Shown here piece by piece: positions 29,616 through 39,583 of a DNA stretch of 64,000 nucleotides; within the stretch, counting starts at the first letter, position 1; every line of letters begins with the position of its first letter. A model generated the notes under the pieces. It saw only the letters and a program-made list of their open reading frames with translations, did not search any database and was not told where the DNA came from. The stretch is from contig CAVPOM010000009.1 of NCBI GenBank assembly GCA_963707025.1, positions 160,001 through 224,000 of the forward strand. The letters are read 5' to 3'. This DNA comes from an uncultured Verrucomicrobiae bacterium. GTDB lineage: Bacteria > Verrucomicrobiota > Verrucomicrobiia > Limisphaerales > Palsa-1400. The position numbers and the translations under genes are program-made.

Positions 29616-31199
29616 TTATGTTGTGGAGGTCAGACCAGAGGCGCCCCGGCGTCCTTCGCCGCGCCCCTTGTGATACATTTCCAAACGGCAATCGAACCCG
29701 CCAAAATCAACCGCCTGCCGGAATTGCAGTTGCAGCGAGGGATGGGGGGAGTCCACCGGCAGGGGATTGGCCAAGACCAGCCTCCCGCCGGGTCGAAGCA
29801 CGGTGGCGGCGGCATTAAAAAGGTCCTTGATAAGGCCGCGCAGATCGGCGATGGGAACGCGCCTGCCCATGGGAGGATTGGTGATGACCAGACTCACGCT
29901 GCCGGGTCCCAGGCCCGCGCTGGCGGCAAAATCACGAAAGTCACAGCAGGTGAATTCCATTGGCAGCGGGCCTGCCTCCGCGGCGGCAAAATTGCCCCGG
30001 GCGATGGCAATGGCGGCGGCGCTGCGGTCTGTGCCGTGGATGCGTTCCACCCCGCCGAGCAGCGCGCATTCGATGAGTTCCAAACCCGAGCCGCAAAACG
30101 GATCCCAGACGATTTCGTGCTCCACCCTTCCGGCCAGCCGGGCCATGCAGGCGGCCAGGGGAGGATGCGAGGCCGCCGGCACGTCCCGCCGGCGATAATA
30201 GAAACGGGGATCGGGCGTCAAGTTCGGGCGCAACTCCACCGAGTGCCCGCGCCCGGCCGGGTAAAGGTCCATGGTCCAGGTCACCTTCCGCCCGTCGTTG
30301 AGCATTTCCGGACACAGGGCAAAGACCCGTCCAGCCAGCAGGCGCACGGCGCTTCTCTGGTGGCCCTTGTCAATAAAATTTATTCGGTAGCGGATCGCGC
30401 CCCGGGTGAAAGCCTGCAACAGCCGCCGCGACAACGGCGAGGCCATGACCGCCGCCAGAGCCGCCGCGGACTCCGCCCGGCCGGCGGCGGGAGATGAGTC
30501 AAGCACAAATCCAACCGTGCCGAAGCAGCGCAGCCCATAGAGGTCCCCCAGGCTGAAGGGCGCCAGCGCCCGCAGCGCCACCAGCCCGCTGCCCACTCCG
30601 GCGAGGCCGAACTTCCCGCGCGCGCGGGGCGATTGTGCCACCTCATCCCGGACGATGGTCTCCAACCCCCGGCGGCCGCGCAGGTGGATGCGCAGACCGG
30701 CGAAATCGGCCAGCAGGCTGTCCAGGCGGACGGCGCTGGGACTTTCCCGGCGGGCCAGGCCGGCTTTGATCTTCTGCTCGGTTTGCCGGAGAACATCGGC
30801 CTCCCCCTGCCCCATCATTTGCAAGGTGGCCAGCCCGCCGATTTTCTCCAGAGTCCGCATCAGGAATTTCTTTTCGCGCGCGGAAGCGGCCGTCCGCAGC
30901 AAGCCAAGCAGTTCGGCTTCCTCCTCCGGGCCGGCGCCAATTTTGGGCAGCGCGGCCATGGCGTAGCGCCGAATCTTCTCGCCCGGATCATGCAGCAGGC
31001 CGCGCAGCCACCGCCGCACCGCCTCCTTCTGTTCCGGTGCGCCCGATTCGGCAAAGACCACCCCCACCGCGCGGATGACGGCCACCCTTTGGCTTCGTTC
31101 CCCGGCAGCGGCCCGGTCAAAGCGCGCCGCCTCCTGGTTCCAGAGCTGTGTCCAGGGCAAAAGGCGCAGTTGGCGGTAAAGTTCCTTCGTGTCCGGCAT
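29616..31199 (-). CDS. Class I SAM methyltransferase (TrmN/RlmL-like) with HEAT-like N-terminus
   Basis: PAASHPPLAA, VWDPFCGSG, VITNPPMG; N-terminal EKIRRYAMAALPKIG helical repeats. Confidence 0.75.
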   Translation of the reverse strand: MPDTKELYRQLRLLPWTQLWNQEAARFDRAAAGERSQRVAVIRAVGVVFAESGAPEQKEAVRRWLRGLLHDPGEKIRRYAMAALPKIGAGPEEEAELLGLLRTAASAREKKFLMRTLEKIGGLATLQMMGQGEADVLRQTEQKIKAGLARRESPSAVRLDSLLADFAGLRIHLRGRRGLETIVRDEVAQSPRARGKFGLAGVGSGLVALRALAPFSLGDLYGLRCFGTVGFVLDSSPAAGRAESAAALAAVMASPLSRRLLQAFTRGAIRYRINFIDKGHQRSAVRLLAGRVFALCPEMLNDGRKVTWTMDLYPAGRGHSVELRPNLTPDPRFYYRRRDVPAASHPPLAACMARLAGRVEHEIVWDPFCGSGLELIECALLGGVERIHGTDRSAAAIAIARGNFAAAEAGPLPMEFTCCDFRDFAASAGLGPGSVSLVITNPPMGRRVPIADLRGLIKDLFNAAATVLRPGGRLVLANPLPVDSPHPSLQLQFRQAVDFGGFDCRLEMYHKGRGEGRRGASGLTSTT

Positions 31200-31224
31200 A
31201 AAATGATGACTGGATGGAAACGGT

Positions 31225-31593
31225 TCAGGCAATAGGGTCATCGGGTTCGCCGCCACGCTCCGGCAGGCGGGCGAAGTAAAAACAGCCCGACGCCACCAGG
31301 ATGGACACGGCCGCGAGGATAAGGGCCTGCGTGGCGGGGCGCTTCAGGTCTTCCGTTAAATCATTCATCAACACGCCCAGTTTGCCGGAATTGATTTCGA
31401 TGGTGCGCTCCGCTGTCTTGTAAGCCCGCGCGGTGGACGGGTCAGCGGACAAATCCGCCGCCGGAGCGCCCGTCCAATAAACCAGCCCCGCGCCGGCCAG
31501 TCCCAGCAGCAGGACCAGCACGCCCGCCGTCCTGAGCCGCGCCCGTCGCTGGCCGGATGAATCCGGGCCGGGAGTTATGTTGTTCGCAGCCAT
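31225..31593 (-). CDS. Small two-TM membrane protein
   Basis: Two hydrophobic helices; host-like codon usage; abuts the methyltransferase gene. Confidence 0.65.
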   Translation of the reverse strand: MAANNITPGPDSSGQRRARLRTAGVLVLLLGLAGAGLVYWTGAPAADLSADPSTARAYKTAERTIEINSGKLGVLMNDLTEDLKRPATQALILAAVSILVASGCFYFARLPERGGEPDDPIA

Positions 31594-31968
31594 CTGATTT
31601 CTTCTGTTAAGGGGTCCGTCACGTCAGCGCCAGCCGGCGCAGCGCATCCGGGACGCAAGCAAGCCATGCCCCCCCGGTGGTGTCTAACTGAAAACTACTG
31701 AAATTAACTGAAATTGGCCGGGCGGGTTTTGGTCTGCGAAATACTGGAACGCTGGAGGAGTGGTGGAGTGGTGGAGTGATGGAGTCATGGGCACGGTGGT
31801 TCAAAAAAACACCTTGATTAGGCTTGATTGGGCTTAATGGGGCCTGGTTGGCAAAACTTGTTTTTGTGTGTAAATACTTCATGGGAAGGCACTTGGGTTT
31901 ATTTTTAGGTTTCTCGCTGTTTTCGGTGGAATGACAAGCGGTGTTTGGAGAGTCATCAATGGTTTTGA

Positions 31969-32187
31969 CAATCCCAACGGGATTGAAGCTTGCAGCCCAA
32001 GGTTGCGAGGAACGAGCTACCTTGGGTGAGATCATAGAAGAATCACAACCCTGAACGGGTTGAATCTGATTCCTAAGGCCTTGATATTCAACCCTTTCAG
32101 GGTTGGATGACTCGAATGCATTTACCCAGGGTAGGCCTCTCGGAATCGGCCAACCCTGGGCTGGATGATTCAATCCATGTGGGATTG
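31969..32187. mobile_element. 219-bp nested palindromic element (REPIN/MITE-like)
   Basis: Three hairpin modules on the left mirrored by three on the right (CAATCCCAACGGGATTG; CCCAAGGTTG..CTACCTTGGG; CAACCCTGAACGGGTTG). Confidence 0.7.
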
Positions 32188-32743
32188 GCATGGTCAAGGC
32201 TGAAAAGTTGGTTTGACCGGGCTTGACCGGTTTGACCGGGTTGACTGGTCTGACCGGCGGTGTCGGTTTCGCGCCACAGGCGGACTTTGCGCCACCGCCA
32301 AGGCTGTGGCCGGAGAATTTGGAGGGCCAGGGCTTGGCCCCGCCGGGAAGGACCGCGCCAGGACTCCGCGCCGCTGGCCGTTGGGGCTTGATCCTGATCT
32401 TTGCCTCTGCGCTTCGACTGCCGCCGCTGGTCTCACAGGGATGATTTAACCATAGGTAGTAAGATGTGTCAATGGCTTTTTAGAGGATTTTTTCTGGAAG
32501 CGCGGTCAACCGCGGATGGACACGGCTGGACGCGGATGTGGAAGCAGTTTTGAACGGGAGAAGGCGCAATGCGAACATTTGCAGAAAGAAAACGATGTCA
32601 GAAAAATGGGGGCAGAAAAATGAAATCGGCCCGCTTCGCTCTGCACCGGGGGCGGGGCGGATGATGTTTCCGCCCGGGATTTCTCTGACATCCTCTCCGC
32701 GAAAAATCGGCGATGGTTTTTCCGTCAACGCCATGGGACAAAG

Positions 32744-32883
32744 TTAGAGCGGTTTCACAAATACTGTAGCCGCCTTACGCGGCAGGGTCCCGGTCCCGAA
32801 TTATCGGGACCCGCCGCGGCGCGCACGGAGTGCGCGCCCTACCATCCTCGTTTAGGGCTGCACAGTTTCTTAAACCGCCCTAA
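32744..32883. mobile_element. 140-bp MITE-like element containing a REP-like hairpin
   Basis: Terminal inverted repeats TTAGAGCGGTTT / AAACCGCCCTAA (11/12); internal minus-strand GTAG-GGCGCGCAC-TCC-GTGCGCGCC. Confidence 0.6.
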
Positions 32884-32902
32884 TTTGGAGCCCTTTACCG
32901 AA

Positions 32903-34420
32903 TCACGGCTGGCTCAAGCGGAAGAACAAACTCCCGGGCGGCGCCGGGATACTGAGGAGATTATTCGTCCCGTCATCGGAAATGCCGCTGCTCGGCGTCC
33001 AATTGGTGGTGCTTAAATCCGGATTCTGCCGCAAGGTCCAGCCGGCCGAGGGATACGGCCAGGAAAGGCGCAGGCCATTGCCTGAATGGGTGATGCTCAA
33101 CTGGGGCGCCAGTGCGACGTTGGCGACAGATTGGCCGGGGTTGGCGACCCGGCCCAGGAAGCGCAGGCTGCCGGATTGGTTGTCGCGAATGAAAAAAATG
33201 AACGGATGATCGGCCCGGAAGACCAGAGCCGGCGGCATGGCAAGGATCCCGACGATCGTGACCGTTGCCGCGGCCGCTTCCGTGCCAGCCTCGTTCACCG
33301 CCACCCACGCTTTATGGACGACATCCGAAATATAGAGATCCTCCGCCCCGTCTATTCCGGAAAAGTCTGCTGCGCCCGGGGCAAAGGCCTCCGGCATGCC
33401 CATTTCACCCAGCGTTGCCGTGAGGTCGAAGGAAGACTCCAAGGCAAACCTTGGCAGGATGACTTCGAGGAACTGCGGACTCATTTGCGCGAGCACGCCG
33501 GCAAGAAAAGCGGGAGAGAGTTGCTGCTCCAGTTGCCGCCAGCCCTCGACTTGCGCCGGCAGCAGTATCACCATCGAAGCCTGGTTGCTGGCGTAGGGCA
33601 GCTCGATCGCCTGGAAATTGCTCCCTCTCATGTAATGGAAGGCCATGCCGCCGCTGCCCTCGTAGATCGGGTTTGGCTGATCCATCAGCGGAACCTCCAC
33701 TTGACTGTTGCTGGAGAGGTAGAACGGCTGGGTCAAAGTATTGCTGACGGCAAAGGCCTGAGTCCATGCGCCCAGGAAGTAGATGGCGTTAGCCAGAACC
33801 AGCCTGGTTCTGGAGGTGATGCTGCCAGAGGGGAGAATATTTTGGATTTTGTTCCGGGTCTGTTGCGCGACCCAGTTGTTGATGTCCTGCGTGGCGGCAT
33901 TCGCCCCGGTGCTGAAGTCAGCCTGGTTGACGCTGGCCTGGTATTGGTTGGTGGCCGTTTCCAGAAACGCGGGCAGGAAAGGAAAGCCTTGCTGGGTCCA
34001 CAGCGCATTGGCGGTGTTTAGCTCGAGAACGTTGGTCTGTTGGGTCGCTTCGAGTTGGGCCTGGAGTTCTGCGAAGAGGGAGGCGAAATGCGGCTGATTG
34101 GTGCCAAACCCCATGACTTGGGCCATTTGTGCCGCCGTCCCGCCGCGGGCGCCCGCGTACGTCATGGCCAGGCAGGTGGAGATGCTGTAAGGGGAGAAGA
34201 ACAGATTGCCTTGGTTGGTGGCGAGCTGTCCGTAAAGGTTCAGGGCAAAGGCGGTGTTGCTGGCAACGAGGGGTTGCAGTTGGGCTGTTCCAGACATGGG
34301 GCCGGACAGAAGAAGGCACCCCAACAGCCCCAACAAGCTGGGTTTTACAAACTGTCCCCGGTGCCGGCTTTTGCATCGGGTCAGCACCAAATCAAGAAAA
34401 AAACCGTTTTTGTTTTTCAT
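32903..34420 (-). CDS. Secreted serpin with C-terminal accessory domain
   Basis: NLFFSPYSI, LVLANAIYF, hinge EAGTEAAAAT, FRADHPFIFFI; extra ~70-aa C-terminal domain; start uncertain. Confidence 0.92.
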   Translation of the reverse strand: MKNKNGFFLDLVLTRCKSRHRGQFVKPSLLGLLGCLLLSGPMSGTAQLQPLVASNTAFALNLYGQLATNQGNLFFSPYSISTCLAMTYAGARGGTAAQMAQVMGFGTNQPHFASLFAELQAQLEATQQTNVLELNTANALWTQQGFPFLPAFLETATNQYQASVNQADFSTGANAATQDINNWVAQQTRNKIQNILPSGSITSRTRLVLANAIYFLGAWTQAFAVSNTLTQPFYLSSNSQVEVPLMDQPNPIYEGSGGMAFHYMRGSNFQAIELPYASNQASMVILLPAQVEGWRQLEQQLSPAFLAGVLAQMSPQFLEVILPRFALESSFDLTATLGEMGMPEAFAPGAADFSGIDGAEDLYISDVVHKAWVAVNEAGTEAAAATVTIVGILAMPPALVFRADHPFIFFIRDNQSGSLRFLGRVANPGQSVANVALAPQLSITHSGNGLRLSWPYPSAGWTLRQNPDLSTTNWTPSSGISDDGTNNLLSIPAPPGSLFFRLSQP

Positions 34421-34651
34421 AATCATCCTTGCGCGGAAGGAGGCGCCGTCAATGCGCAAGGATCGGTTTGGGTGCTGTCCATGCGAATAGTCCCGGGAAG
34501 ACTGCCAGACGGCGCCCGAAGCGATGTCCGCAACAACGTGTTCATATACTCTGCTAAAAGTTCTCTGCAACGGCAAGGTCACCCGAAGCAAGACTGACCC
34601 AAAACAAATTTGCCCGCGAGGAACGTCCAGATCAAGCCAAAACGGGTGAAA

Positions 34652-34864
34652 TCAGGAATGCGCCCGCGCGGCATGACCGTTTTGAGCAAGTGAAAAGCAA
34701 CGGTCGAAGGCATTCCGCCAGGCCGTTTCGCCCTTGTCCGCCGGTGGGCCATGCAGGATGGCGGGCCGGTGGCCGCGCGCCTTTAATTCCGCCGCCACCG
34801 CCAGGACGTTCGATTCCGCGCCCCCAAACGCGCCGAAGCGCTCGTGAACAAAAAGCAATTTCAT
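34652..34864 (-). pseudogene. N-terminal fragment of a GT4-like glycosyltransferase
   Basis: MKLLFVHERFGAFGGAESNVLAVAAELKARGH then stops after 70 aa. Confidence 0.6.
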
Positions 34865-35174
34865 CGTTGTTGGCTCCAATTGCCACATGCCTCCAATGTA
34901 GAAACGAAGTGACAAACCGCAAAGTGGGTGAAGCCCTACAACGTGGCGCGAAAAGACCCCCCCTTTCCGGAAAAGTGCGCCCTCCAGCCCCCGGCATTGG
35001 ACAAAGGCTCTGCGGTCGAGGGCATGGGGTGTTTACCTACCCAGTATGGGGTATAGACCTACTACCCGATTCCAGTCTGCGCCGCGTAGATTATGGCTTA
35101 AAGCAACGGCGTCGCCAATCGCAAACCAGACGAACCCAAAACATTATCATGATGAATTCCAATGGAGGCAAAAA

Positions 35175-36131
35175 ATGAAGCGCAAAGAAAAGAAGGACTT
35201 TCCCGGCGCCAGTCAATCCAACTTCGGGTCGGCGCGCGCCATCAATGCCACCGCCACGCCGCCGATGAGCGAAGCCAGCGCGGCTTTGCTGCGCGAACTG
35301 GTGTCGCATTTGCGGCAAAACCGGACCCAACTCCGCGAGGAGTGGGCGCGGCGCATCACGGAGGCGAAATTGTTGACAGCGATGACCAAGGACGAAATCT
35401 TCACGGAGGCCACGTCGGTGTATGACAACTACGTCGAGGTGCTGGAAACCGGCAGCGTCGAGGCGTTGCAAGCCTACGCGCGCAACTTGTCCGAGCGCAT
35501 CATTCCGCGCGGGGTCGAGACCAATGAAGTGGTCGGCATTGTGCTGCTGCTGCGCGACGTGCTGGCGCGGTCGCTGTTCAAAAAGTACCAGGCGGATTTT
35601 GAGCTGCTGAACCAGGTGCTGGACGCCTATGAGCCGGCGGCCAACCGGATCGCCAACACCGTGGCCGTCAGCTTCGTGCAGGAACGCGAGCGGGTCATCA
35701 GCAAGCAACAGGAAGCCATTCGCGAGCTGTCCACGCCGGTGTTGCAGGTGCGGGAACGGTTGTTAATTCTGCCGATCATCGGTGTGATTGACTCGCAACG
35801 CGCCCGGCAATTGACCGAGCAACTCCTGCGCGGCATCCGCAACAACCGCGCCAAGGTCGTGGTGGTTGACATCACCGGCGTGCCGACCATTGACTCGACG
35901 GTGGCGAACCATCTGGTGCAGACGGTGGAGGCCTCGCGGCTCATGGGGGCCAGCGTCATCATTACCGGGCTGTCTTCGGAAATCGCCCAGACCCTGGTCA
36001 CGATCGGAGTGGATTTGAGCAAGATGAACGCGGTCGGCGACTTGCAGGGCGGCATCGAGGAAGCCGAACGCCTGCTGGGCTACAAGGTCATCCTGACCGC
36101 CGCCACGCCCACGCCGGAGCCGGAGACCTAA
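35175..36131 (+). CDS. rsbR: Stressosome sensor RsbR (N-terminal sensor + STAS)
   Basis: GGAGG RBS; AIRELSTPVL, GVIDSQRA, DITGVPTIDSTVANHL, EIAQTLVTIGVDL. Confidence 0.93.
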   Translation: MKRKEKKDFPGASQSNFGSARAINATATPPMSEASAALLRELVSHLRQNRTQLREEWARRITEAKLLTAMTKDEIFTEATSVYDNYVEVLETGSVEALQAYARNLSERIIPRGVETNEVVGIVLLLRDVLARSLFKKYQADFELLNQVLDAYEPAANRIANTVAVSFVQERERVISKQQEAIRELSTPVLQVRERLLILPIIGVIDSQRARQLTEQLLRGIRNNRAKVVVVDITGVPTIDSTVANHLVQTVEASRLMGASVIITGLSSEIAQTLVTIGVDLSKMNAVGDLQGGIEEAERLLGYKVILTAATPTPEPET

Positions 36132-36137
36132 GGCGTC

Positions 36138-36512
36138 ATGCACGTTCCCATTCTCAAACAGGGCGACTGTTTGATCGCCAGCATCCAGTCCGTTTTGTCG
36201 GACGCCGATCTGCTGCAACTGCGGGACGATCTGGCGGACCGGGTGGGACAATTCCGTTCGCGCGGAGTCATTATTGATGTTACTGTATTGGATGTGATTG
36301 ATTCATTCGCGACGCGGACGCTGCGGGCGGTGGCCCACATGTTAAAGTTGCGCGGGGCGGAAACGGTCATAGTGGGCATACAGCCTGATGTTGCGTTTGC
36401 GATGGTGCAATTGGGATTGACCTTGGAAGGCGTCGGGACGGCGCTGGATTTGGAAGAGGGACTGGCCTATCTCGACCGTTGGTCCAAGAAAGCGTTGAAA
36501 CATGGAAAATGA
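36138..36512 (+). CDS. rsbS: Stressosome scaffold RsbS (STAS)
   Basis: VPILK, VIDSFATR (phospho-Ser motif), GIQPDVAFAMVQLGL, TALDLEEGL. Confidence 0.93.
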   Translation: MHVPILKQGDCLIASIQSVLSDADLLQLRDDLADRVGQFRSRGVIIDVTVLDVIDSFATRTLRAVAHMLKLRGAETVIVGIQPDVAFAMVQLGLTLEGVGTALDLEEGLAYLDRWSKKALKHGK

Positions 36513-36903
36513 GACTCGAGTGGCGATCAGTTCCGCTGCTGATATCGTGGCCGCGCGCCAAAAGGGGCGGTCCCTGGCGACGGAGTTGGGTTTTGACGGG
36601 TCTGATTTGACCCTGATCGCCACGGCCATCTCCGAGGTGGCGCGCAATATTGTCACCCACGCCAAGTCCGGGGAAATCGTTCTCGCTTCGATCAACCATT
36701 CCAGCAAACGAGGCATCACCATCGTGGCGCGTGACCACGGCCCAGGCATCCCGGATGTGAACCGGGCCATGCAATACGGCTATTCCACGGCCAAGGGATT
36801 GGGTGTCGGGCTGCCGGGAGCAAAATGGCTGATGGACGAATTTGAGATTGAGTCCAAAGCCGGCAATGGCACAAAAGTAACCATGAAAAAATGGCTGAAG
36901 TAA
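36502..36903 (+). CDS. rsbT: Ser/Thr kinase RsbT
   Basis: DIVAARQKGR, TAISEVARNI, DHGPGI, GYST..GLGVGLPGAK.LMDEF. Confidence 0.94.
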   Translation: MENETRVAISSAADIVAARQKGRSLATELGFDGSDLTLIATAISEVARNIVTHAKSGEIVLASINHSSKRGITIVARDHGPGIPDVNRAMQYGYSTAKGLGVGLPGAKWLMDEFEIESKAGNGTKVTMKKWLK

Positions 36904-37533
36904 ATGGACGGTCGAGTTATAGAAGAAAGCACTTTGATTGATTGGAGTGTGGCGGCGCGGCCGATTTCCGGCCAGAGCGTCTCGGGCGATTTGCATTTGG
37001 TCAAGCGGTTGCGGCACCGCGTTTTGGTGGCGGTGGTGGACGGGGTCGGCCATGGCGACGAGGCGGCGGCCGCAGCGCGCACGGCGGTGGAGATACTGGA
37101 AAGCTATTCAGGGGAAACGGCGATTTCGCTGATCAAGCGCTGTCATGCGGTGCTGGTGGGAATGCGCGGTGTGGTGATGACGGTCGCAGAATTGAACACG
37201 GAAGAAAACACCATGACGTGGCTTGGCGTGGGCAATGTCGAAGGCCGGCTCTTGCGGGCGGACCCTGCGGCGCGTCCTGCCTGCGAAAGTGTGTTATTGC
37301 GCGGCGGGCTGGTTGGCTACCAACTGCCCTCGCTCCAAGCCGGCGTCATTCCCGTGGCGGCGGGTGATTTGCTGATTCTGGCGACGGACGGCATCCACCC
37401 GGTGTTTGAAGACGGAATTAAAATAAATGAAGCACCCAAACAGATCGCCGAGAGGATTTTGAGCCGGCATTTCAAGGGGAAGGATGACGCGCTGGTGCTG
37501 GTGGCGCGCTATCTCGGAAGACAACATGAATAA
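36904..37533 (+). CDS. rsbX: PP2C/SpoIIE-type phosphatase RsbX
   Basis: SGD, VVDGVGHG, GVGNV, LATDGI, DDALVL; follows rsbT. Confidence 0.85.
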   Translation: MDGRVIEESTLIDWSVAARPISGQSVSGDLHLVKRLRHRVLVAVVDGVGHGDEAAAAARTAVEILESYSGETAISLIKRCHAVLVGMRGVVMTVAELNTEENTMTWLGVGNVEGRLLRADPAARPACESVLLRGGLVGYQLPSLQAGVIPVAAGDLLILATDGIHPVFEDGIKINEAPKQIAERILSRHFKGKDDALVLVARYLGRQHE

Positions 37534-38677
37534 TCACCTGAAAGGGCTGGCACGGTCTTATGCCGTGACCTTGCGGAAATACCTGGCGGACCAACAGGAG
37601 GCGGTCCTGGCGCAGGCCTACGAGTTGGGGCGCACTGCGATTGCCAGCGAAATGGGAGTTTTGGACATGGCGCGGGTCCACCAAGATGCGTTGGGACAAT
37701 TGCTCCTTTGTCCGGCAGGAGCCCAAGGCAACGGACGCGTCTTAAAGGCTGCGGAGGTCTTTTTCCTGGAATCATTATCGCCTTTTGAAGCGCTCCATCG
37801 CGGTTTCCGCGAGATGAACTTCGAATTGCGGGAACGAAACCAGGAATTGGAAGTGGAAATCAGCGAGCGCAAGCGAGCCGAAGACGCCCTGCGGCGGAGT
37901 GAGCAGCACTCCCGCCGGTTATGCAACGAGGCGCAGGCCATGCAGGAGGATTTGCGAAACCTCTCCAACAAAATCCTCCGGACGCAGGAAGAGGAACGCC
38001 AACACATCAGCCGGGAACTGCACGATGAAGTGGGCCAGTCGTTGACGGCCATTAGCATCACCCTGGCCGCCATGAATCATAGTGGCGACGGCAGTTCAGG
38101 GATGAGCGGCCAGAAACTCGTCCATACTCAGCGATTGCTGAAAGAGACCATGGATGCGGTCCACCGCTTTGCCCGAGATTTGCGGCCCGCGATGTTGGAC
38201 GAATTAGGACTTTTGCCTGCCTTGCGGTCCTACTTGCAGGGATTTGCCGACCGCACCGGACTGCGTGTCCGTTTTCGCGGAAACCCCATCGCCGAAAAAC
38301 TGGGCAACGATCAAAAGATTGTCGTGTTCAGAATCGCCCAAGAAAGCCTCACCAATGTAAGCAAACACGCGCGCGCCAGCCAGGTGGATGTTGCGGTTCG
38401 CAAGCTTAAGAAGGGCGTCTGCATCGAGATTGTGGATAACGGCAGATCCTTCAAGACCGCCCCATCGAATTCCGCCAAGAGCAACGGGCGACTCGGTTTA
38501 CTGGGCATGCAGGAGCGCGTGCGGCTGGTCAAAGGGCAGTTTGCCGTCAAGCCGCAACCGGGCAAGGGAACCATTATTCGAGCAGTTATTCCGTTCAGCT
38601 ACAATGCAATATGGCTCCCCTCGGCGGCTCCGGATCGCTCGAATAACAAAAGACAGTCTGCGCAAGCGCGGACATAA
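37526..38677 (+). CDS. Histidine kinase (HisKA_3) with RsbU-N-like input domain
   Basis: N-terminal Y...LRKYL....EAVLAQAYELGR.AI..EMGVLDMARVH; QEEERQHISRELHDEVGQ; RIAQESLTNV.KH; GLLGMQER. Confidence 0.88.
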   Translation: MNNHLKGLARSYAVTLRKYLADQQEAVLAQAYELGRTAIASEMGVLDMARVHQDALGQLLLCPAGAQGNGRVLKAAEVFFLESLSPFEALHRGFREMNFELRERNQELEVEISERKRAEDALRRSEQHSRRLCNEAQAMQEDLRNLSNKILRTQEEERQHISRELHDEVGQSLTAISITLAAMNHSGDGSSGMSGQKLVHTQRLLKETMDAVHRFARDLRPAMLDELGLLPALRSYLQGFADRTGLRVRFRGNPIAEKLGNDQKIVVFRIAQESLTNVSKHARASQVDVAVRKLKKGVCIEIVDNGRSFKTAPSNSAKSNGRLGLLGMQERVRLVKGQFAVKPQPGKGTIIRAVIPFSYNAIWLPSAAPDRSNNKRQSAQART

Positions 38678-38714
38678 CATAAATCACGAAACCTTGACAT
38701 ACCCAGGAATGATT

Positions 38715-39389
38715 ATGGAAAAGATCAAAGTTCTACTCGCTGACGATCACGCCGTAGTCCGGCAAGGCTTGAAGGTCCTGCTGGAGGCGCAACAGGACAT
38801 CACTGTCGTGGGAGAAGCCGAGACAGGCCGGCAGGCTCTGCGGATGGCTTTGAAACTACAGCCGGACGTGGTGGTGATAGATGTGGCCATGCCCCTGCTT
38901 AACGGCGTCGAGGCCACGCGGCAAATTATCAAGGATGTTCCCGCCACACGTGTTCTGGTGCTCTCATCCTACAGCGACGACGAATACATTCGCCAGGTGA
39001 CCGAGGCAGGCGCGGCGGGTTATTTGCTCAAGCAAACCGCCGCCGAGGATTTGATCAGGGCGATCCGTGAAGCCAGAAACGGAAACGCCTTTTTCAGCCC
39101 GGCCATCTCCAGACGCCTTCTGGAAAACTATCGCGATTCGTTTTTGAAAGGTGTGCCGCCCGGGATGCGGGTTGACCGGCTTACTTCGCGCGAGGCCGAG
39201 GTATTGCAACTCGTCGCCGAAGGCAAGGTCAACAAGCAAATCGCCGGGGAACTCTGTGTCAGCGTGAAGACGGTGGAAAAGCATCGCCAGCAAGTGATGA
39301 ACAAGCTGAACCTTCACGATGTGGCGGGCCTGACACGTTACGCCATTTCCAAGGGCATCATCGAAAGCACAGTGGGACCGCGGTTTTGA
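38715..39389 (+). CDS. NarL/LuxR-family response regulator
   Basis: LADDHAVVRQG, IDVAMP, LTSREAEVLQL, VKTVEKHR. Confidence 0.95.
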   Translation: MEKIKVLLADDHAVVRQGLKVLLEAQQDITVVGEAETGRQALRMALKLQPDVVVIDVAMPLLNGVEATRQIIKDVPATRVLVLSSYSDDEYIRQVTEAGAAGYLLKQTAAEDLIRAIREARNGNAFFSPAISRRLLENYRDSFLKGVPPGMRVDRLTSREAEVLQLVAEGKVNKQIAGELCVSVKTVEKHRQQVMNKLNLHDVAGLTRYAISKGIIESTVGPRF

Positions 39390-39583
39390 ACAGGTTTACG
39401 GCGCCCGAACAATTTGGTGGAAGCGCGCCGTCATTGAGGATGACAAGCAGTCGGTCCATGATGACCGCCAAGGGCAAGCTGGTGTCGCCAGCGCGGGTGA
39501 AGGTGAACGCGGCGTAATTCGTCGTGCCGACAACCGACGTTGGGACGGCCGCCGCGAGGGTGATGGTTGGCAAGGCCCCAGGG

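Noticed and set aside
31619..32747. Short ORFs in the repeat-rich spacer
   Set aside because: They are translations of palindromes and tandem repeats with no coding signature.
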